Both the position numbers and the translations under genes were made by a program. From Psammoneis japonica (taxonomy: Eukaryota): a stretch of DNA of 64,000 nucleotides. A model generated the notes under the pieces. The model ran no database searches. It was not told the origin of the DNA and saw nothing but the letters and a program-made list of their open reading frames with translations. The DNA is taken from NCBI GenBank assembly GCA_008632985.1, contig QPGO01000002.1, positions 868,001 through 932,000 of the forward strand, written 5' to 3'. The number at the start of each line of letters is the position of its first letter. The first letter of the stretch is position 1. This document shows positions 52,047 to 62,879 of the stretch, one piece after another.

Positions 52047-54626
52047 ATGGAGCTGCTGCAGTCCAAAAACGAGGGTAAAGAAGCAATTGCCTGTCCTTGT
52101 TGCCATCGCTCCTTCCAGCACATGCTCGGTCACTTAAATCGCAATCCACAATGTCTCTCTGTCGCTCGTGAAATGTCAAACGTGGCGTCACAAGGTGCAT
52201 CGGGACCCAACTTGTTGCCCGATGCTTGTGTCAAAGTGGCTGGCAGGCAGAGCAACTCTGGGAATGCAAATTTGTGCACAAGAACTTCTCGGGGACTCGA
52301 TTCTTCCTCGTCATCCAACGACACCTCCACACATGGATTGAGACGATCAAGACGAGGGGCCTCTGTTTCCAATGCCCACATGGCTGGTTCCACCCGGTCG
52401 TCCGAACCACCTTCTGACGCTCCATGGTCACCAGCATTCGAAGACAACATGTCCCCTCTCTCCTCCATTTGTGGCCCAGATGATGCCAATTTCGTGTCAC
52501 TGGAGATGCTTTCAGGCGAAAGCAGCGACACAGAAGCAAACTCTTTCGCCACGCTCCCGGACATCACCATGGATCTTCCAGACAGCAATGAGACGGATGA
52601 CATGCAAGCATCTCAAGGGAACGTTTCCTCTCTGTTGGATGACAGCAGATTGGGCAAGATTTACCAACACCCCACCGAGGCAGCCTTCGCCGACTTGTCA
52701 TCATTGAGCAACCTGAGCGGGGCCTGTGTGGAGTTGAGCAAGCTGACAGATGACTGCAGAGTGCCGCTCCACCTGTGCGATGACATTGTGGCATTTGTCG
52801 AAAGACATTGCGGCATCACATTCAAGCTCGGGACAAAAATGCCTCGTCGCAGTGCACTGATGGAAAGTCTTTCCAATTCGTTCCCCGGACCTGAACGAGA
52901 GATGATCCCAGTTAACCTGGAAACTCCAAGCGGCGAACGGGGTGAGAAAACTGCAATCGTGCCACGATGGAACTTCCAAGAGGTGTGGGAATCACACATG
53001 CTTGACACTCACACATGGGCTGATAAAAGCAATCTTGTGGACACACACAATCCTTTTGGCATGTGCATTGCCAAGGGCTTGGATGACAAATGCATCTTGG
53101 CTGGAGAGTGGCACAGGAGCAAGCACTCTGCCAGAGTCAAGGATCCACTGAAACAGTTCTTGGAATGTTTGATGGTCCATGTAGACAAGACGGGACAGAC
53201 GGCTTTGATGGGATCTTCTTGTGGAGAACCCGTGATGGTGACCTCTGCACATGTTGCCTTCACACAGTGGCACGACAAAGCAAAGTGGAGAGTTCTTGGA
53301 TGCATTCCCAACCTTGAAAAAATGTCTTCTTCTGCAGCCAAACAGCAGTCCAATGCACGCAAGTCGGAAAAGGGGCAAAGTCTTTGTGAGCGCCACAAGG
53401 TTTTGAAAACCATGCTTCAGCCTTTGCTTGACGCAATGGAACGGGGTGGCTTCAGGTGTTGTGTGCAACGAGGCGATGAGATCTGTCACCTGCATGTGAT
53501 TCCAACCACAATCCCAATCAATGGGGATGCAAAGAGTGGAGACTGCCTTGTGGGCAGGTGTGGCACAAAGAATTGTCACCAACGCTGCTCCCGTTTTAGC
53601 ATGACGGGATGCAATGACCTTGACGACCCTTGGAAGGAATGCAAGCTGGTGCGTGCTGGTGACTTGCTGCGAGTTCAGTGCATGGCCAATGATGAAAGTC
53701 TTGATGACAAAGAGCGGAATCACTGGAGGGAACAACTGCACTGCATGAAGCAACACAATGTTTCAACCAACAGTTTGCTGTGTGCAGACTTTGGCGAGCA
53801 ACCATTCGGAGTGACTCTTTCCACGGCCAGCAACATGATGCACCTGCATGAAAATGGCACTCTGAAAAGGGAGATCCATGCATTTGCAGACAGCATGACT
53901 GCAAACATGAGAAAGGAGGTGGGCAGACTGGTGGAAAAGATGTTCGGGAAACACCAATCCACATGCAGTTCCTCCTTTCTGCAAACCAATTTCAAAGGTG
54001 GGGCCACTTCACTCACCTTCTTAAACTCTCATCACTGGGCGGGGATGGCCTTCATCTTTTGCCTGCTGTTGCTTGCAAAGGAGGGTTGTGAGGTGTGCGC
54101 ATCCTGCTTCAGCAAAGAAGACGTGGAGGAACCGTCACTTCCCTTGGGTCACCGCATGCCGAAATTCAGAATGGACCGTCACTGCTTTCCCCAAGAATGT
54201 GACCCGGATGATGATTGCCCGGCAGTTGATCCAGATGACTGAGAAGACACGTCCGCCGATGAATGCGACACTGACCATTCTGTGGGAAACAATGACAATG
54301 ATTCAGACAACGAAGGAGAGGGCAAGCGCAAGTGAGCCAACAAAAAGAGACTCCCAATTAGATGCAGCGTTCGCCAGCATGTAAAGCTGCTTAAAGACAT
54401 GCTCACATTCCATGCATGGTGCAAGCTGGGTGACCCTCCTTCAGACAGAAACAACCTTCACAAGATTGCGAAGAAAATTCGTTTGCTGATCGCTCATGCA
54501 GTCCATTTCTCCCCAAGGCACGAGGGTGCTGGTTGGAAGCTGCAAAAACTCCATGAATTGATTCATTTGCCCACACTCCTGTTCTTCTGCCGCCATGCCA
54601 TGAATTTCGATGCTGGTCTTGGCGAA
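52047..54626 (+). pseudogene. Plavaka-like transposase, hypermutated and 3'-truncated
   Basis: N-terminal CPCC..F..MLGHL Zn-finger; MVHVDKTG, GEPV, WRVLGCIPNL, INGDAKSGD.LVGRC, NMMHLHENG; same frame resumes after two TGAs with GWKLQKLHELIHL..NFDAGLGE. Confidence 0.75.
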
Positions 54627-57298
54627 TCAGGGAATGTGGGGAACTTGAGCCGATCCACGCACACACAGGGAATTCCCATGTCACCGCCTCCACCAATGAC
54701 AACATTGTTCCATGGCCGGCTGTCATCCAGCGAGAGTTTTTTGAATGTACGTGCGGTTGGCACAGAGTCAGGATGGTTGGGACCATCGTGTTGGAGATCC
54801 ATGTCTTTAAGCCCAAAGTCAAGCTGAGTTCGGTTGTGGTGCATCCGAGTCAACATCGGGTTCATGTCGTGCTTGTCATCGCAGCATTGACCGATGGGAC
54901 TTCTGCTGTTGGTGACTGCCTTGAAGGACCATGTGTCGCCAAAGGCATCCATGACAAAGAAACAACCAGCGGCTGTTTTCCGATGTCGAAGCCAGGTGCA
55001 GTTTTTTTCGTCGCGGTGTCCATCACAAAATTGACCACAGGATGTGCGTGATCCCTGCAGGGTGACGTCCTCACGATGGAAATGTAGACAACCCATTTCA
55101 TCACAAAATGTTTTCGAGTGCTCTTCGCACTGAAGCGACCAGTTGAACGGTGGGGGATTGCCAAGCTTCCGAAGCTCGACCTCGTTTTCGCAAAGCTGAG
55201 TCGAGTCGAGAATGTCAGCGACCATGGCCTTGATTTTGGATGACTCTTTCGCGTCGAAGTTTTTGTCAGGATCAAAAACATGAAGACCATGTGTGGCCTT
55301 GGGTTTGGCTGATTTTGCAGAGCCGGGCTCCTTCAGATGACATGACTGCCCAGCACAGCCAATCTTGATCCTTCGTCTGTCTTCCTTGTCAACTGCAAGC
55401 GAGCCGTCATGTTTGAGATCTGACTCTCCCTTCAACAAAATGAAAAGCAAAAGGGTGGGAATGCACACACGAAGGCAACCAAAGTGCCCTTTGTAAAGAG
55501 AGTTTGCATGACGGGCAATGGAGAGTTCGCATGAGCAGTGATCCAGGTCAGGAGGATGCTCAGCTCTGACACGAGATGCGGCAGTTGGGTCGCTGACAGG
55601 GGTTTTGTTGGAAAAGATGTGCCAGTTGTCCCTCAGGTTGTTGGCAAGGTAAAAGTCGGCAGCGGAATGGTGAAGCACACGCTCCATGTTGGTTGCCTTG
55701 TCAATGATGTGAAGGCGTGACACATGAGCAGCAACTTCGTCTGAGGCAACAGATTGACACTTGGACGGGTCAAAGCGCTGTCGGAGTGCAAACTTGTCCA
55801 ACCACGACATGTCGTTGGGGTCCAGTGGGGGAGGCGATGCAACCGGGCCTTTCGTGGTGCCAACCGGTGGAGAGGCTGGCAGCTGGGAGGGAGGACCTTC
55901 CAGGGAAGAGGAAGGTTTGTGGGAATCCATGGTTTCCAACAAAGTGGGAAGGTCAGCGGTGAGAGTGCGGTTTGCCTCCCGGGACGACGGCAGGTCACCA
56001 GATGAAGGAGGACATGCCTTGGTGGAGCGTGATGCAGTCTTGGACTTCTTGTTGGGGACGGTCAAGGAAGGCTCTTACGCGGCGAACACAAACAAGAGGA
56101 TAAAATGTGGACACATGAGAAGACGGATGCACACGAAACATGCAGCAACAAGGGGGGGGGGGGGGGGGGGGGGGCACGCACTGTTGCACAAGCAGGTGCC
56201 ATCTTTGCGGGTCCTCCCAATTTTGCGTTTGGTTTTGGATTGATGCTCTCGTTTGTTGTCATCATCCAAGTGGTCGGCCCTCTGATCACGCATTCTGCAT
56301 CGAAGGATTGTGAGCAACTTGCTGCACTTGGGTCGTGTGCCAGGTTGTTCCTTGGGACAGCGCTTCCCAAATTCATGGTTCAACATGAAATTCATTTTTT
56401 CTTCGTGCGCCTCCCGATGGGCAAGGGAATCACCAGCCATCATCACTTTGTTCTTCACATTGCCGATTTGGTCCAGAGCAAGGCATTCCTTGACATCATC
56501 TGCCTGGGAGCCCGGGTCGTTAGAATCGCGTGACACTGGAAAGCTGTTGACGAACAGGCGCCACTCCTTTTGCATTTTGACATGGCGAAAAATCTGCATG
56601 AACCAGCAGTCGAAGTCATTTTGTTTGTGCTGAACATGATGCGTTGTGATTTCGGTGACACAAAATGCACCGTGAAGGTCTTCTGCACGGTCGTCGATCA
56701 ATGATTTAAGATGGTCGCACCCAAGAAAACAGAAACAAGGCTTGCCGGAAACAGGATCATTCAGGTTGTCACCAGCGACAATCGTGTGGACAAATTCTAC
56801 CATGACTTTGATGTTGCGGTGAAGATGCACACGGTGCTCCTCTTCTTTAACTGTCTCTCTGGGCATTTTGGAGAAATGGAGAGCTTCACCCAAATTTCGA
56901 CAACGAAGGCAGCATTGACCTTTCAGCGAACGGGATTTCTTCAGGGACCAACCACAAGTCTTGATGCAAGACCAAACATCAGGGCATCCAAGAGTTTTCC
57001 TGACAATGTTGTTGGTGCGGATGACTTCCGTGACATGTGGAATTCGATGCAACTTTGGCTTGTGGCAAAGGAAGGGAAGAGCGAGAAATTGCAGAGAGGG
57101 AGTCCATTTGGTTGACTCCAAAAACTGCTTTTTGGATGCACGCATTGAAACTGTGCTTTTGAGCTTGGGACCAAACATTCCCATTCCAAAACCGTTGGCA
57201 AAATGTTCTGTGTCATCAAAATCACATTCATCAGGAAATTGGAAGGAAGGATCGGGGTCGACCTCGTCGTGGGATGGGGTGAAGTCGTTGACCACCAT
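54627..57298 (-). pseudogene. Transposon-borne gene with possible divergent TET/JBP-like 2OG-Fe(II) dioxygenase region; probable intron 56181..56074 containing a 23-nt C/G run; 3'-truncated
   Basis: 407-aa and 500-aa ORFs in one frame; REDVTLQ..FCDGHRDEKNC (HxDxxN at 55018-55001) then FKAVTNSRSPIG; very Tyr-poor. Confidence 0.45.
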
Positions 57299-57851
57299 GG
57301 CAAGAGGTCAGTTGTGATTTGCGTAGAAAGTGCGTGGACGACAACAGTGCATGCTCAGGTCGAATGTAGTTTGGGGAGAGGATGTGCTGTTGTGAAATGC
57401 GCGGAGAAATGCGCATGTAGAATGAGCACTCAAAGCCGGGTAGAGAGCCATGCACAGAAATTCCAGGAGGTGCTGGAAAAATGAGACTGGAAATGTGCAC
57501 GGGGGAGACTGGAGCGCACCGAACAGCAGAGGACATGCCAGTTGACACGGTGGGGTGTGCATGATGTGGAGCTGTTAAAAACCAAAATCAAAGATGTCGT
57601 TTTGACACAAATGTGATGACATGATCAAATGGAAATGTGCAAAATTCAACAAAAGAGAAAATCAAATTGAATTGTTGAGAATGATTGAAAACAAACAGGT
57701 CACAAATGTCAGCATAAAACGGATTTAATGAATGCAGTGTGTTGTTTAAATTTGCACGCAAAAATTGTGGTTAAAGGTGCAACAAAATTGACATTAATTG
57801 GCAAAAATCGCATGAAGAAAATTGAAAACCACTGTGTTGCCGCCTCTGATG

Positions 57852-58520
57852 GGCAGGTGGGGTTGCCCAGCACAGTGGCTGTTGCAAGTGCTCTGGCTCA
57901 TTTGCATGCTGCCCTCCCAGTTGAAGCATGACAAGAACATGCCTTGCTGCCTCTCTCCCCCTTGATGATCTGCAGCAGCCAGCGTGCCTGCAAAGGAGCT
58001 CCGGCTTTGCTCCCTGCAGCTTTGTCTTTTTTGCCTTTGCTTGGTTTGCACTGTGATGCATCTTGATCTTTCTTGCTCTGCCCCAGTGCTTTTTCAAACC
58101 TTGGTGCACATGCACTGACAAGGAGTGGGGGGTGAGGGACAGCAGGCTTGGTGGGCCAACAACAATGAGAGTGGGGTGTTGGGCCCAGGGTGCAAGAGAC
58201 AGACAGCCTTTCAATGAAGTCATTGACGACAGTGCCAAGAAGCATGGTGAGCAAGTTGAAATTGATGGTTGGGTGGTGCAGCCAGCTCATTCAATCCACA
58301 GAAAACAATCACAGCACATGACCAATGACTTTTGAAGTTCCCATTTGGAGGTCATTCTGCATTCTGACTTTCAGCCAGTTTCCACCAACTTTGGCATGTT
58401 GCTCTAAGGTCAACTGGAAAGTGACACTGCTGTCGTCCTTTGGACCAACAGACTAAGTTTTCTGTTCTCATGCATTGCATTGGCTGTGCATGTCGAATGA
58501 CAACATCAGATAAATAATGA
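57852..58520. mobile_element. Older TpA/CpG-depleted remnant flanking the Plavaka-type element (similar DNA at ~48130-48330)
   Basis: Both TA and CG rare, unlike the CG-retaining element interior. Confidence 0.5.
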
Positions 58521-58721
58521 GCAGTCCTTCTCAATTATCAGGTGTCTATAGGGTACAGAGGCATCACTTTGGACAGACGAGATGCAAGTGGCAGGTTGCA
58601 TTCGCTCTCTTTGTCCTCCAAAACCTTCCGACAAATCCTTCCAGCACACCTCGTGTCGACCAACAAAGTCCCTGTCACGAGAAAACCGACTTGCCGTCTA
58701 CTAGCCCGGAGCCTGGGCATC

Positions 58722-61700
58722 TCATATGCGTCCACGCTTTCTGTCGGCAAATGTCTCCAAGTCGGGCGGAATGGCATGTCTCCCTGCTCTCTGGGATTCG
58801 ACATACTGCACAAGATGCTCTTCCAGAGAATCCCTAGGAATGTCAGCATGGCCCAACTGGTTAACAAGAGCAGGCCAAAGAGTTTTGACCATGTAGTTAA
58901 CAGAGTACTTGGTTCCTCCGTTTCCTATTCGAATCAAGTCATCCACGTCAGGGTGATATCCGTCCAGATTGTCCATCATCCAGAGAGCAGGTATGACGTG
59001 GATTCCGTCCCTCCTTCGCCATCGATTCATAAATGTGTTCAGCTCTTTGACACAGAATCGGCGTTTGCGGTAGGTGGGAGAGAGAATTAAGACGGCGTGA
59101 GTGCACATGCACGCGGGAGGCAATAAAGCTTCCATTTTTGTGGTCCCTGCACTCGTGCTTTCCTCGTCTAAGAAGGCCCCCACCTTGAGAATCTTGGTCA
59201 AGAACCAGTAGGTTGGGCGCGCAATTTCTTCCTTGACTCCATCACGTCCAGTATGGGAAAGGAAGACGTACAGAGTAGGGCTTATGGGGTAAATATGTGT
59301 TGGATTATCCACATCAGGCAAAGAGAGCTCTCCCACATCCTCCTCGGCATCGTCAAGCAAGAGACGAGTGTTAGAACTGGGAGCAGTGCCCCATCCAAAG
59401 TCGATATAGTCTTGACAAAGCCGGCAAAAGGGCTTTTCCGTGGTTTCGAAAATCGTATCCCACGAGAAATCTGTTTGTTCTTCATCCTTACGTTTGCACA
59501 GACACTTTGGACACACTACTACAATGTCACACAGCAACCCTGGCAGTCTGCTCGCTCTTTCTTTTTCCACAAAATTGACGGCTTTATGGAGAAGGCTTCG
59601 CGTGCCAAGCCCAAGGAGTTCTCCTCGAACAGAAAAGATAAGGCAAGGCTCATCATTTATGTGGCCAAGCTGGGCCCGTATGCGATGGCCATCCTTCGTA
59701 ACCACAATAGCACCATAGCGCCACGCATAGACGCAATCACCATGCCGATGGGCATCAGCGGCAAAGTGGGCAGCGAGGCTCTCTGGGCAACCAGCAAAAA
59801 GCTGTATTCGGAGCTCTCGTTGCTTCATGCTGACTGGTGTTTCGTTCGGCCACATCTCGTTGGCATCTCTAATCGGCTTTTCTTGTAGACGGAAGAGAAC
59901 CACTGGACGTCTCTCGCCGCTCCGTCTTGAAGGTAGCGAGGAGTGAAATATAACACCAGCATTGACGAACATCTCAATGATTGGGTCAAAGTCTGAGAGC
60001 TTGAGTTCGAGATCGCGCCATAAGAATGGCAAAACGACTTTATCCAGCTCCCCGGACTCAGTAAGATTTTCCAGCCCATCAATTAAATGCTTGCGACTCG
60101 TTCCAGACTTCCTCACATACTCAGCTACCTCAGCTGATTTCTTCACAGAGGCTGTCGTCAGAGTGTGATCAATGAGCGGGCGCAGCAAGTCGGTCACAAA
60201 GGTGGGTCTCAAAAAGACAAGATCGGAGTCAATAAAGACATCCCCCTGTGCCTCGAGAAGATTAAGTGCATCGTTGAAAGTAAAAGGGCTTGCCCTGACA
60301 TTGGCCGACACTGCCAAAAACCGATTCCACATGGAACTGAGCTCATTTCTAGGACTGTATGCGCCTTTCGCCTTTGCAGTTGTCTCATCCACCGCACTGA
60401 CTGGTCGAGCATTTGCAGAACGGGCTTTTTCAAAGAGCTCACCTTCGTCCGTGTCAGGTCCGTGCTCCCGAAATGCTCCAAGTAACTTCCACACCAATAC
60501 CCACGTGTCTGGGATGGACTGACCAACGCTCGGGAAGTTTGGAGCAATGTGTGAGATTAAATTAAAGACTTTCTGTTTGGCGGCAAGGGGATCATTCTTC
60601 ACTGATATAGCAAGGATCTCAGGTAATATTGTTAGTGACCTGCTGCGTAAACGCGGTCGCGAAGTGCGCCATCCTTCGAGTGTCTCGTCGACCTTTCTTT
60701 TGAGCCACTTCTTTTTGCTCTCAATTCCCGAGGGATCCTCATCTACTTTAGAAAGAATTAGTTGTATTGTAGCACCTGGTGCTCGTGCATGCAGAAGCAC
60801 GAGGAAACGAAAAACGGCTTGGTCATAGTGTTCATCGCTGGCCTCATTGATCCCCACAAAGAGGAGGTAAACTGCCAGACCAGTAAGAAAGGGACACTGT
60901 CCCACGGCATAGACTTGTTGTCCGCCACAATCATAGATCAAGATCCGCAGTGGATCGCTTCTGGTTGGACGTAGATGCAATGGTATACTTTTTAATTCGA
61001 GGTAGGTAGTGGCACGATCGTGTCCATCTCCCGTGAGCGCAGGTTTTTCACCAGCCATGGCACGTCGTAGACTCGTCTTGCCCGCTTCACCACCTCCCAC
61101 AAACACGACCTTGAGCTGCTGGGAGACTGTGGCACCACCATGCAGCTCTTCAAAATAACGGGCGATAGGTGGTAGTCCTTGCTTAGCTATCTCTATAGGA
61201 GGTTCTTGAAGCGGGTTGTCTTCAACAAGGAGCTGGCAAGTGCGGGGCAATTCGGCTATTGAACGAGGCAGCTTTTTCAACAGATTTCCTCTCAAATCTA
61301 TTTTTTCAAGATCATTTGTGAGGTTACCAATTTTATCTGGCAATGATGTGAGTCCGCAGCTTCGAAGATCAAGTGTTCGAAGACTGGGAAGCAAAGGAGT
61401 ATTGCTGTCAATTTTGTAGCCGCAGATATGCTCCACTCCCTCCACAGTGATCCCTTTACACCAGATAAATTTGATTAGCTCGAGATTTGGACAATTCTTC
61501 GCAACAGCTTGAATCGTCTTATCTGTGAGTTTCCCGCCACAAATGTCGATTGTCTTGAGTTGGGAACATTTCTCAGCAAGATCCACCAAAGAATCATCCG
61601 TGAATTTTTCGCACCAGCAAACACTGAAGCTCTCAAGATTCTTGCAATTCTGCGCCATTGCACGTAGCGTCTTGTCAGTGAGTCTCCAACAGTATCGAAG

Positions 61701-62558
61701 ATCAATCGACTTGAGATTACGGCATTGAGCGGTAAGAGCTTCCAACGAATCATCAGTAAGTTTGCAGCACGAGGCAAGATTGATTGACTCAATATTCTCA
61801 CAGTTCTGCTCACAGAGAACGCGAGTTAACTCAGAATCAGTGACCTTCCAACACTCTCTGCCAGACAAGTCAATGTCGTACTGAGGTTTGGCATCTCCTT
61901 GGGTCATACTTGCCAAGTCTTCCGGTAGATTCTCAATTGGCGTTGTGTACTCGCGCATAAAGGAGTTGTTGCTCAACCCAAGTCCAGCCAAGTCTTCGTC
62001 TTCCATCAGCCAATGAAATCTCTTGTTTATGCTAGGACTTCCGTCGTAGACCTTCATACGCTCAGCCCATTCAGGGTCTCGACCAACTTGAATCTCGGAG
62101 ACCCAGTGCATACCGGGGGCATGAAAATAGCCAGGGAGCTTCATATTGTAGAGAAAGCTGGCACGTTTTAACGGTAAGATAGGGCCAAGGATTCCCATTA
62201 TTCTCTCTACTCCAAAATCATTGACAATATTCGCTGATGTCAATGTTTGTTCGCCTTTCCATTGATCGAGAAGTGTGCGGAGAAGCAGAAAACTCAACTT
62301 CCGATCCATGTTCAAGTCCACAGCGCCTTCGGCTCCTCGGTCGAGATTTTTTGCCCATTCTTCTGCCCACATGTCAACATGTTTACGGGATTGGCGTTGA
62401 TTAGCACGGATACGGTTGAGGCAATCGTTAACGATGCCGGAGTCGCACATATCGATGCACTCTTGGATATCTTTGCAGTTCCTGACAGCATCGAGAGCGA
62501 TCCGGAATTCATCCTGCGGCCAATGGTGATATGCGGGTATCCTACTCTCTTCTGCCAT
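58722..62558 (-). CDS. Roco protein: Cys-containing LRRs + classical LRRs + Roc GTPase + COR + CxxC pair + C-terminal TIR domain (1278 aa, single ORF)
   Basis: 26-aa LRRs (CRNLKSIDLRYCWRLTDKTL); P-loop VGGGEAGKTSL, YDCGGQ, SKVD, ISVK; CPKC..CRLC; TIR VFLSHTGRD..AFLDE..ILSPTY..FCVKEL. Confidence 0.92.
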   Translation of the reverse strand: MAEESRIPAYHHWPQDEFRIALDAVRNCKDIQECIDMCDSGIVNDCLNRIRANQRQSRKHVDMWAEEWAKNLDRGAEGAVDLNMDRKLSFLLLRTLLDQWKGEQTLTSANIVNDFGVERIMGILGPILPLKRASFLYNMKLPGYFHAPGMHWVSEIQVGRDPEWAERMKVYDGSPSINKRFHWLMEDEDLAGLGLSNNSFMREYTTPIENLPEDLASMTQGDAKPQYDIDLSGRECWKVTDSELTRVLCEQNCENIESINLASCCKLTDDSLEALTAQCRNLKSIDLRYCWRLTDKTLRAMAQNCKNLESFSVCWCEKFTDDSLVDLAEKCSQLKTIDICGGKLTDKTIQAVAKNCPNLELIKFIWCKGITVEGVEHICGYKIDSNTPLLPSLRTLDLRSCGLTSLPDKIGNLTNDLEKIDLRGNLLKKLPRSIAELPRTCQLLVEDNPLQEPPIEIAKQGLPPIARYFEELHGGATVSQQLKVVFVGGGEAGKTSLRRAMAGEKPALTGDGHDRATTYLELKSIPLHLRPTRSDPLRILIYDCGGQQVYAVGQCPFLTGLAVYLLFVGINEASDEHYDQAVFRFLVLLHARAPGATIQLILSKVDEDPSGIESKKKWLKRKVDETLEGWRTSRPRLRSRSLTILPEILAISVKNDPLAAKQKVFNLISHIAPNFPSVGQSIPDTWVLVWKLLGAFREHGPDTDEGELFEKARSANARPVSAVDETTAKAKGAYSPRNELSSMWNRFLAVSANVRASPFTFNDALNLLEAQGDVFIDSDLVFLRPTFVTDLLRPLIDHTLTTASVKKSAEVAEYVRKSGTSRKHLIDGLENLTESGELDKVVLPFLWRDLELKLSDFDPIIEMFVNAGVIFHSSLPSRRSGERRPVVLFRLQEKPIRDANEMWPNETPVSMKQRELRIQLFAGCPESLAAHFAADAHRHGDCVYAWRYGAIVVTKDGHRIRAQLGHINDEPCLIFSVRGELLGLGTRSLLHKAVNFVEKERASRLPGLLCDIVVVCPKCLCKRKDEEQTDFSWDTIFETTEKPFCRLCQDYIDFGWGTAPSSNTRLLLDDAEEDVGELSLPDVDNPTHIYPISPTLYVFLSHTGRDGVKEEIARPTYWFLTKILKVGAFLDEESTSAGTTKMEALLPPACMCTHAVLILSPTYRKRRFCVKELNTFMNRWRRRDGIHVIPALWMMDNLDGYHPDVDDLIRIGNGGTKYSVNYMVKTLWPALVNQLGHADIPRDSLEEHLVQYVESQRAGRHAIPPDLETFADRKRGRI

Positions 62559-62879
62559 CTTGAGAATGATCTTCTCTTGTCGGCTTTTCTCGGGACGAGC
62601 CAGGAAAAGGAAAAGAGTCCGTCGCCGTTGAGTTGCTGAAATAAGGTATCTCGTTCATTGTGTTCATTGCAGAATTTGGGCGTGCACCCCTGTGGTACAG
62701 TACAGTATGGGAGAATGGGAGAATATGGTGATGTCATGGTTACGTGGCAGTTTATATCTTATTCATTATATTTTTATATAAATGTCCTTACATTGATTTA
62801 TGCATTTGTACACAAATGCTATTATAGTAGCAGGAAAAATCCTGAACCATGTTCTCCCCTAAAACTCTAGGGCCCTAAC

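Larger units (their letters stand above)
48332..57851. mobile_element. Plavaka-type (CACTA/Mirage-related) DNA transposon, ~9.5 kb, four decayed ORFs, TpA-depleted
   Basis: Transposase-like motifs; candidate imperfect TIRs 48332-48355 catcagagggcgcaacacacagtg and reverse complement of 57830-57851 catcagaggcggcaacacagtg. Confidence 0.65.

Noticed and set aside
56152..56174. G23 run read as a poly-Pro/Gly coding tract
   Set aside because: Falls in a probable intron of the decayed gene; homopolymer length is unreliable
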